From contig NC_086097.1 in assembly GCF_963921235.1 (NCBI RefSeq), forward strand, positions 224,876,001-224,940,000: a stretch of DNA of 64,000 nucleotides, written 5' to 3'. The notes below the pieces were generated by a model. That model ran no database searches, was not told the DNA's origin, and saw only the letters and a list, made by a program, of their open reading frames with translations. Of the stretch, positions 39,725 through 49,779 are shown piece after piece. The position numbers and the translations under genes were made by a program. The stretch is from Mobula hypostoma. Lineage: Eukaryota. Every line of letters starts with the position of its first letter. Position 1 is the stretch's first letter.

Positions 39725-42080
39725 CGCAACACACATCACAGATGCTGGTGAACGCAGCAGGCCAGGCAGCATCTCTAGGAAGAGGTACAGTCGACGTTTT
39801 GGGCCGAGACCCTTCATCAGGACTAACTGAAGGAAGAGTTAGTAAGAGATTTGAAAGTGGGAGGGGGAGGGGGAGATCCAAAATGATAGGAGGAGACAGG
39901 AGGGGGAGGGATGGAGCCAAGAGCTGGACAGGTGATTGGCAAAGGGGATATGAGAGGATCATGGGACAGGAGGCTCAGGGAGAAAGACAAGGGGAGGGGG
40001 AACCCAGAGGTTGGGCAAGGGGTATAGTCAGAGGGATAGAAGGAGAAAAAGGAGAGTGAGAGAAAGAATGTGTATAAAAATAAATGACGGATGGGGTATG
40101 AGGGGGAGGTGGGGCATTAGCGGAAGTTAGAGAAGTCAATGTTCATGCCATCAGGTTGGAGGCTACCCAGAAGGAAAATAAGGTGTTGTTTCTCCAACCT
40201 GAGTGTGGCTTCATCTCTACAGTAGAGGAGGCCGTGGATAGACATGTCAGAATGGGAATGGGATGTGGAATTAAAATGTATGGCCTCTGGGAGATCCTGC
40301 TTTCTCTGGCAGACAGAGCGTAGGTGTTCGGCAAAGCAGTCTCCCAGTCTGTGTTGGGTCTCGCCAATATATAGAAGGCCACATCGGGAGCACCGGACGC
40401 AGTATATCACCCCAGCCGACTCACAGGTGAAGTGTTGCCTCACCTGGAAGGACTGTCTGGGGCCCTGAATGGTGGTAAGGGAGGAAGTGTAAGGGCATGT
40501 GTAACACTTGTTCCACTTACAAGGATAAGTGCCAGGAGGGAGATCAGTGGGGAGGGATGGGGGGGGAAACGAATGGATAAGGGAGTCACATAGGGAGCAA
40601 TCCCTGCGGAAAGCAGAGAGGGGGGGAGGAGGGAAAGATGTGCTTAGTGGTGGGATCCTGTTGGAGGTGGCGGAAGTTACAGAGAATAATATGTTGCACC
40701 CGGAGGCTGGTGGGGTGGTAGGTGAGGACCGGGGAACCCTATTCCTAGTGGGGTGGCGGGAGGATGGAGTGAGAGCAGATGTGCGTGAAATGGGGGAGAT
40801 GCGTTTGAGAGCAGAGTTGATGGTGGAGGAAGGGAAGCCCCTTTCTTTATAATATTAAAAAAAAGGGAGGACATCTCCCTCGTCCTGGAATGAAAAGCCT
40901 CATCCTGAGAGCAGATGCGGTGGAGACGGAGGAATTGCGAGAAGGGGGTGGCATTTTTGCAAGAGACAGGGTGAGAAGAGGAATAGTCCAGATAGCTGTG
41001 AGAGTCAGTAGGCTTATAGTAGACATCAGTGGATAAGCTGTCTCCAGAGATAGAGACAGAAAGATCTAGAAAGGGGAGGGAGGTGTCGAAAATGGACCAG
41101 GTAAACTTGAGGGCAGGGTGAAAGTTGGAGGCAAAGTTAATAAAGTCAACGAGTTCTGCATGCCTGCAGGAAGCAGCGCCAATGCAGTCATCGATGTAGC
41201 GAAGGAAAAGTGGGGGACAGAGACCAGAATAGGCACGGAACATAGATTGTTCCACAAAGCCAACAAAAAGGCAGGCATAGCTAGGACCCATACGGGTGCC
41301 CATAGCTACACCTTTAGTTTGGAGGAAGTGGGAGGAGCCAAAGGAGAAATTATTAAGAGTAAGGACTAATTCCGCTAGACAGAGCAGAGTGGTGGTAGAG
41401 GGGAACTGATTAGGTCTGGAATCCAAAAAGAAGCGTAGAGCTTTGAGACCTTCCTGATGGGGGATGGAAGTATATAGGGACTGGACATCCATGGTGAAAA
41501 TAAAGTGGTAGGGGCCAGGGAACTTAAAATCATCGAAAAGTTAAAGAGCGTGAGAAGTGTCACGAACATAGGTAGGAAGGGATTGAACAAGGGAGAATAA
41601 AACCGTGTCGAGGTATGCAGAAACGAGTTTGGTGGGGCAGGAGCAAGCTGAGACAATAGGTCGGCCAGGACAGGCAGGTTTGTGGATCTTGAGTAGGAGG
41701 TAGAAACGGGAAGTGCGAGGTGTGGGAACTAAAAGGTTGGTAGCAGTGGATGGGAGATCCCCTGAGCGGATAAAGTCGGAGATGGTGTGGGAGACAATGG
41801 CCTGGTGCTCCTTAGTGGGGTCAGGATCAAGGGGTAAATAAGAGGAGGTATCCGCGAGTTGTCGCTGTGCCTCGGCAAGGTAGAGGTCAGTACGCCAGAC
41901 TACAACAGCACCCCCTTTATCAGCGGGTTTAATAGTAAGGTTAGGATTAGTGCAGAGGGAGTGGAGAGCAGAGCGTTCGGAAGGAGTAAGGTTGGAATGG
42001 GAACAAGGTGTGGTGAAGTCGAGATGGTTGATGTCCCGTCAGCAGTTAGCAATGAGGTCCAGAGCAGGCAGAAGACCACT
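39725..42080 (-). mobile_element. Penelope-like element (RT plus GIY-YIG endonuclease), 5'-truncated, frameshifted
   Basis: KPADKGGAVVV, FYLLLKIHKP..PGRPIVS, DVQSLYTSIP, GVAMGTRMGPSYA, RYIDD, VYYKPTDSHSYLDYSSSHP; GIY-YIG VIYCVRCSRCGLLYIGET (40117-40443). Confidence 0.93.
39789..39824 (-). ncRNA. Minimal hammerhead ribozyme-like motif, probably inactive in this copy
   Basis: AGUC-CUGAUGA-AGGGUCUCGGCCC-AAAA-CGUC-GACU; the conserved GAAA reads AAAA here. Confidence 0.6.
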
Positions 42081-42399
42081 GCAGTGATAATTTGATCACC
42101 TACAACAAACAACCATGTCCCAGAGCAAGTACAACAAATGGTATCTATGCCAAAGATGTTGAACAGAAAAATGAGCTTTGATTTTTCACGTCCTCAGATT
42201 ATAATCCACTGACACCGTATTAGGAGTTTGCAGATACGAGATTTAGATTTGCATGGAGTGCTGAGCTGGTTATAGCTGTCCAGCCTGTAAACATTCCTGT
42301 GTTTCAGGAATAGTTCTCTTGTTGAGATACCTCAGTAGCAATGGAGCTGCAGCGAACAAGTATTCAGCTTAATCAGGACGGTGTGAAAAAGTTCGCAAT

Positions 42400-43496
42400 T
42401 GACACGTAGATAGTGTTGAAGGGTATAGTAGTTTGCAACAGGACTTCGACAAGATGCAGAGCCGGATGAGAAGTGGCAAATGGTGTTCAACCCAGAAAAT
42501 GTGAAGTGATACACTTTGGAAGGTCGGACTTGAACACAGATTGCTGGATTAATGCAACACAGAGCGTCATAGGAAGTCATTCCTGCCTGTGGCCATCAAA
42601 CTTTCCAACTCCTCCCTTGGAGGGTCAGACATCCTGAGCCAATAGGTTGGTCCTGGACTTATTTCCTGGTATAATTTACATATTACTATTTAACTATTTA
42701 TGGTTTTATTACTATTTATTATTTATGGTGCAACTGTAACAAAAACCAACTTCTCCCGGGATCAATAAAGTATGACTAATGCCTGGATTCTTAGCAGTGG
42801 GTTGGAACAGAAGGATCTTGGGGTTGATGTCCATAGATCCCTCAAAGTTGGCATGCAGGTTGATAGGGTTTTTAAGAAGGTGTATAGTGCGTTAGCCTTC
42901 ATTAGTTGGGAGGCTGAGTTTCAAGAGTCGTGAGGTAATGTTGCAACTTGACACAGCCCTGGTTGGACCAATGGATTATTGTGTTCATTTCTGGTTGCTT
43001 CATTATAGGAAGGATATGGAAGGTTTAGAGAGGGTGCTGAGGAGATTTACCAGAATGATGCCTGGATTAGAGGTCATATCATATGAGGATAGAGCTAGAG
43101 TTTATCTCTCTTGGGGGAAGAAGGATGAGAAGTGACTAGATAAGGGTGTACAAGGTGAATAGAGGCAAAATGAAGTGGGTAGCCAGAGACATTTTCCCAG
43201 GGTGGAAATAGCTGATAGGGGGCATAATTTTAAGGTGATTGGTGAAGGTAAAGGCGGGGGGGGGGGAAAGGTTTCAGAGGTATGCTCTTTTTTAACAGAG
43301 TCGTGAGCGTGTGGAATATCCTTGCAGGGGTGGTGCTAGAGGCAAATGAATTTTTAATTTTTAGATAGGCATATAGATAATAGAAAAATGGAGAGCTGTG
43401 TTGTAGGGGAGTGTTAGGTTGATCTTAGAGTAAGTTTAAATGGTTGGCACAACATTGTGGGTCAAAGGGCCTGTACTGTCATGTAAGTTCTATGTT
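42400..43496 (+). mobile_element. CR1-like LINE 3' part with a Rex1-like tail inserted (~42555-42780)
   Basis: YRKDMEGLERVLRRFTRMMPGL; insert reads TERHRKSFLPVAIKL. Confidence 0.75.
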
Positions 43497-46210
43497 ATAA
43501 TTGTAAATTTAAATAATAAACTGTAAGATTTTATTTTGAAAGGTAAAATATTCCAGAATTCAATCTTTATGGTGTAAGTTTCTAAGATTATGAATATGAT
43601 CAGTGCAATTAAACTCCTAGGCCAATGTCACTCATTCAGTATAAATTTATACTGAAAAATGAATTTTATAACATAGAACCAATGAAATGCAGCTTAACTC
43701 AATCTAAATATTTGCTGAACTTTTAACTTCTTGAGGACTGAAAAGAAGTTGAGTTCCTTGATGTGATACTTTTAAAACCTCAGAATAATTTCAGGATTGA
43801 TTTAAGAAGCATACATTTTGCAGTTGGATATTCATTCAACATACAATAAAGTGCAACATTTTAGTCCTTTTTGCATTTCAATCAAATTTATTGCTTGTGT
43901 AAATTGAGAGACAGAAATTTTTACAACATGCGTGAATAGAACTGCTAAGCATGAGGTGGAACCTTCCCAGCACCAAAACAGATAAGTTATCAGTGTTTGT
44001 TGAAAAGCCTCTTGCTTTCAGGGCAATAACAATAACATATATCCCAGTTATCAACATGTATGCAGAGCTACTCAAGGTTACAGCCTCTTAACTGCAGAGT
44101 TAGCTGCTATAGTTTGGTTACTCTCCTTCCACTTCTCACTGTTCGTAGATGGAAAATGTTTTTTGGACACAGACCAAGTTTCCAAAAATTGCATTGTTCT
44201 AGGTGTTTTTGAGAGGGAAGCCATAGACTAATATAATTTAAATGTGATATTGCACCAGAGATGACAAAGGATGCTCGCCCTGTCCACTCTAGAAGATGCC
44301 TTGTGCTTCATTGGAACTCTTCAAAATATTTTCTAGTTAAGCTTAAAACATTGAGAGATACTTTTATGGAATTGCACTCATGTCTGATGGTAGTTGAAAG
44401 GAGCTTCCTTTCAGTCTGATTTGCCTATGAAGAAAATATGCGGAAGCTAGTACTGTGGACTGCGTAGGTTTCCTCCAAGTACTCTGGCTTCTTCCCACAG
44501 TCCAAAGGCTTACCAGTTGGTTAGTTAATTGTTCACTGTAAATTGTGTCATGATTAGGCTAGGATTAGGTCAGGGGATCACTGGGTGGTACGGCTCGAAG
44601 GACTGGAAGGGCCTATTCTGTGCTGTATCTCAATAAATACATAATAGGGTGAATCTGTCACTTCTATGATATATTTCCTGAGCATTAGTTAAACGATCTG
44701 GTTCTTTGGTGAAAGTTCTAGCCATTCATCATTTCATAGTTGAAGAAACATTTGTATGAAGTGCTTTGGGAGATTCCAGAATAAAGACTTACTGTTTTTT
44801 GGTCCTTTTTGGTAGCAATTAATTGTTTCTTGAAAGAATGAATGAGCATTAGAAAACATTGTAATTAAATCTACTGCAAAGCTATAAATTAATTAAATTT
44901 AATGAGTGGGAATGTTTGATGGAACAAAATCTAGCCAAAAAGAATAATGTCAGCTCCTACATCATTTAGTCTCATCTCTCATTAAATTTCAACTAAGAGC
45001 TGAACATCTTTGCCTAGGTTTGCTAACTAAAATATGTGCAGTCAGTTCTTTGCAATTAGCTTGTGAAATTGGCTGGTGGAGGCTAGTAAACTTTTACACC
45101 ATACCACACCTTTTTGAATTTTTGTTTGAACAGAGTTCTCACTCCTTGTTAGCAATGACATTGGAATCTCAAAATGCTAAGGCTTATTGGCAGAGATGCT
45201 GGCTGCTCCAGGTATCACCAGGTACGAAGGTCTTGGCAATTAAGAAGCATAGTAAATAAATGAGGGAATAAGAATTTTTTTATTGCATTGAACTTACTGA
45301 AGTTTCAACGTGGCATTTGTTCCTGGGTAACTAGAAATGCATTGGGGTTACTTTTTAATAGATTGTATACATTATGTTTAGGTGGGATCTTGCTAAACAT
45401 TTCATAACACAAGACTAATATTCCTAATATTTTCAATAGACCAGAAGGTATTGCTGACAGACAGGTTCTGACACTGCAAAAAAATCCCTCCGTTAAAATG
45501 GTTGTGGGTGTGGTTGGCAATACAATGAGAAGAACCTGGCTGCCATTTTAACCTGCTCTCTATAGCACGTTGCTGGAGAGGTAAAGCATTTGATTATAAC
45601 ATTTGCCCATCTCCTCTTAAAAGCCAAGGATGCACACCCATTTGTAAGATTCACACCCGTTTCACTGTGAATTGTATTGTGCAAATTACAAGAAAAAAAG
45701 CACTGAAATAGTATATCTGGCCTTTTGGTTAATGCTGAGTGTTCAGATATTTTATTTTCAGGTCTAACTCCTTTTTACAGTTAGTTATTTCAGATCCTTC
45801 TTTGTTGAACCCAGCCTCACTTATAAAGAATGATGCAAAATAGTCAGCTGACGTTCATTCCCATTGAGCTGAGCCTCGTGCTGCTCAATTACTGTTTGTA
45901 TGTCATTGCTCTGTACATCAAAGGACTGAGACCCAGGTACAGTAGTGGAGAATTAGAGGTGGTGACCAAAAATACAACTGAAGAGATTGATTTAAAGGAG
46001 CTAAAACCAGGACTTGTGGTGGGGGAGAAATGAAGAGTGTAGCGACAAGAGCAGACAGTGCACGAGACATAGAGATGTTGAGTGCAGTCTGGGATATTTT
46101 GCTAAAAGAATTGTATCAGTAGGAAAAGATATGAAGATAAAAATGTGCAGGCATTAGGCAAATCTGTTAAGATTAGGATGATGGATAGCATGGTAGCATA
46201 GTGACTAGAG

Positions 46211-46289
46211 CAGGTGTTCCCAATCTAGAGTCTGCGGATGCTTGGTTAACGGTAGAGGTTCGTGGCATAAAAAAAGTTGGGAACTTCTG
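46211..46289. mobile_element. 79-bp hAT-Charlie MITE inside a SINE
   Basis: CAGGTGTTCCCAA...TTGGGAACTTCTG; 8-bp TSD GACTAGAG (46203-46210, 46290-46297). Confidence 0.8.
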
Positions 46290-47049
46290 GACTAGAGTAA
46301 TGCTTCACAGTGCCGGTGATTGAGGCTCAATTCTTGCTGCTGTCTATAAGGAGTTTGTACATTTTCCCTGTGACTGTGTGGGCTTCCTCTGTGTGTTTCT
46401 GATTTCTCTCACGTTCCAAAGGCATTCGGGTTAGTAAGTTGTGGGCCAAGCTGTGTTGGCACTACAAGCATGATGATACTTGCAAGCTGCCCCCAGCACG
46501 TCCCCTGCCACTGTTGGTTGTTGACAAACGCTGTTTGTTTTGATGTCGTCGTCTTCATCATCAATGTCGTATGACATAAATAATCATGGTCTCATGAACA
46601 TGACTGTTCTTGACAAATTTTTCTTCAGAAGATGCGTGACCCTTGCCATTATCATTTGATGTACATGTGACAAATAAAGCTAATCTTTTAAAAATGTTTC
46701 AGAGAAGACATTGAATGGGAAAGAATGCTGATGTAGTTCTCGAGAATTTGTTTAACTCAGTACAGTGGACCGTGAAATCTATGATTAAGGTTGAATATAG
46801 AATTGAGGCAAGCATAGTTTAATGTTCCAATGGTAGAGAATGTAATTTTTTAAGAGCTGGATGTGAGATTTGATTGTTCTGCTGAGGAGAGCAGGCTGTA
46901 GACCATTGTGTGAACATTTTAAAGGAAGACACAATTGGAGGAAATTATTTGTGGAATAAATTCTAATAAATGATTACTTTATAAATATCATCTCATTGCA
47001 TAGCTTTCTTTTAGATCTCCTGATGTCTAATGGTATTGTCAACCATTTG

Positions 47050-47889
47050 ACTGTTGGCCAGAAGAAACTGCAGTCTGATCAAGAACAGGGGAAGCAGACA
47101 AGCTAGTTGTCTTTGTTTCCCCATTTTGTGGACTCGAACAGTTTCTTGCTCTTGGATAATCTAATCAGAGCAAATGAATGGGGCACAGGAAGCTTCAGGT
47201 AATGATCTGCTAAACCTGAGACCATTCTCAAACAAATAGCCATTTGCTACGTAAGGGGCATGGACTCGGAACTGATCCTTGCTCTGGAACAATCTAATCA
47301 GAGCAATATACCTGAGACCATTCTCAGAGGAGTAGCTACTTGTTTTGTAAAATGCCAGACCTGCAATTGGTAATCTCGTTAGACTCTGTCTGGGTTGCCT
47401 CATTTAACTGGGTTGGACCAGTCAGAGTGTAAAGACACAAATACACAAGGCTGGGGTGGGCAGAGCCATGAAACAATGTATAGCCCTGGACAATGACTAG
47501 TAAGAAGGTGACCCAGGTAGGTCAGGTGACTTTGAGCCAAAGGGGTGGGGTTCCAGTGGTTCAATTGATAAGGAACCGTATAAGACTCAGGAGCTCCAAA
47601 TACTCAGGAGTGATAACTCTCCAGCAGCCAGAGACCAACCATCGTGGATACAGAGGACCCCACGGACACATGGAGATTGGGACCATGAGGAATGCCTGGC
47701 CAGTGTAGATTCCTTTCCCGGGTAATATCCTTTTCTCTTCATGGACTGTCAGGGAATTCTAGTATGGTGCACACAAAGACAGCTTGTGAACCCACGTGCT
47801 CTTAGTTGAAACAATAAAAGTTGCTTGTTGGTAGCTACAGATTCCCTGTGCCTCACTGATCATTATTACAAGAGGTGATTCTTGTAACA
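47050..47889 (+). repeat. Putative 5' LTR of the endogenous retrovirus (5' boundary uncertain)
   Basis: Direct repeats aatctaatcagagcaa and acctgagaccattctca (two copies each); TATAAG at ~47579; AATAAA 47813-47818; ends ...TGTAACA just before a PBS. Confidence 0.6.
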
Positions 47890-47893
47890 GAAT

Positions 47894-47912
47894 TGGCATC
47901 CCTGTTGTGGGC
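47894..47912 (+). promoter_or_regulatory. Primer-binding site, best fit tRNA-Asn
   Basis: TGGCATCCCTGTTGTGGGC(TCGA) versus tRNA-Asn 3' complement TGGCGTCCCTGGGTGGGC(TCGA), recalled from memory. Confidence 0.6.
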
Positions 47913-48008
47913 TCGAGGATAAGTCTCTTTGTTCAGTGGGAGACTCGAGTCGGACCACGTGGGTGAGGTACAGAGATCTGGGACTGGGTAGTTAGCAGTT
48001 ACTGACCC

Positions 48009-49779
48009 ATGATGAAGAAGTCAGGAAATTCTGCAAGTCCGCAGGACTTGGATTGTTTTGATTGGAGGGGATACCTCCAGAAATGTGTTGGGTAAGTGGC
48101 CACAATATGAGGTGTTTGTCGGTCATGCTGGTTGTGTAGGGAAAACTGCTGGTGATGCTCTATGGAAAATTGCCCAAGGGAAGCTGTCGAGCAGGAAGTT
48201 TAAACAATTACAAAAACCAGTAGCAGTTGGTTGTTTAATTGAGGATTTGATAGAATTACGGCAAAATGTTAAAGCAGAACGGCATAGATTAGAATTGGAA
48301 GACGAAAGTCGGCATAAAGCTGAAACCAAACGAGATAGGTTACGACAGGAAATTCTAGAATATCAGCATAAAGCAGAAGCCGAGCGAGATAGGTTAGAAG
48401 GAGAACCCAAAAGGCTGCAAAAGGAGGTAGAGACCTTTAGACAAAGGGTTACTGATTTACCGGGTCAGAGAGGTATGGACTTGATGGATACGAACCAGTT
48501 TCAGTTGAAGTGTGAGAGCTTACTTTTCTCTTTAAGTAAACTAGAGAAAGCAGCCGCATTGGCGAAGGATGAAGTGGAAGGATTAAGGAAACAGTGCAGT
48601 GATTTAAAGACGGCTATGAATTTGATTCAGAAATCAGCACAGGAAAGGATGAGTAACACTGGTGATCATGCAAAATGTTTAATGCATATTCAAAAGCTGC
48701 AGGACCAACTTGTGGCACAGCAAGGAATAATATGTGCTTTTGGATCGGAAGGAAGGGGAGAAAGGTAAATATGGAGATATTGATTGGCATGATTTAGCAA
48801 CTAGATATGGTTATGATAATTACGAAGCACCATTTCCTACCAATGACAGCCGGTGCTACAGTCTGCACAACTGGCACCCCTAGTTACTATCAGAGCTGGG
48901 GGAACAGAGGGAGCAAATTAAAATCAGAATGCAACATACACCACACTGTTTGGGGTACAGCAGCTTAGAGATATTGCTAAAGATATCGGGACATGTGCTC
49001 TGAGACAATCCTCGAGAGCTTTTCCAAGCAACTCGTCATCAGAGAATGGCCTAGATGACTCTGAGGAAAGGAAATTGATTATCATGTGTTTACACCCAAA
49101 TATACACTCAGCTTTGTGAGGAACTGAAAAACGCAATAATGACTATTATGGTAGTTAACAGGGGACCCGGTAGACGCGCTAGCCAGATGTTACCAGAGGA
49201 GAGGTGAACATCCCACTGCATTTGTATCCTGTTTATGGACAGTGTTCCAAGGGGTTTATGGGACAACATTAGAGTGGGACCATTTAGGACCAGAGGCATC
49301 AAATAGATGGTTAAGGACTCTGGTGTCTCACTGTACCGATGAATCTAAAAAGGCACTGGAATTGTTTGGTCCTTCTGAACCCACACATACTGAGGCATGG
49401 GTACTGAGGAAAATGTGTAGAGCGTGGGGAAAAGGAGATACAAAGACCACTTGAACTCTCTAATGGGAAGGTGATGCCTGTTAAAAGTCTGGCACCTGCC
49501 TGGAGAAATGAGGGTAAGGGACACACCCTGGGGACCTCCCTGCCACACTATCAAGGGGCCAGGAGGGGCAGAGGAAATGGAACAGGGAGAACTGAAGGTG
49601 GAGTAACCAAATGCTATAACTGTGGTCAAGAGGGGCACATTGAGAGAGAATATCCAAACTTAAGATCAGAAAGAGCAGAGCAATGCAGCTTGACCTTGGA
49701 GGGGCCAGAAAGACTGAGTCCACAAAATAACATGGTGGAGACACCACCATCCAGGGAATTGTATCCTGAGCTTCAATGA
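48009..49779 (+). pseudogene. gag: Retroviral gag region: coiled-coil N-terminal part, capsid-like region, zinc knuckle
   Basis: ORF 48058-48768 is heptad-rich; CYNCGQEGHIEREY at 49612-49653 (last Cys lost); ends LYPELQ*; several frameshifts. Confidence 0.7.
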
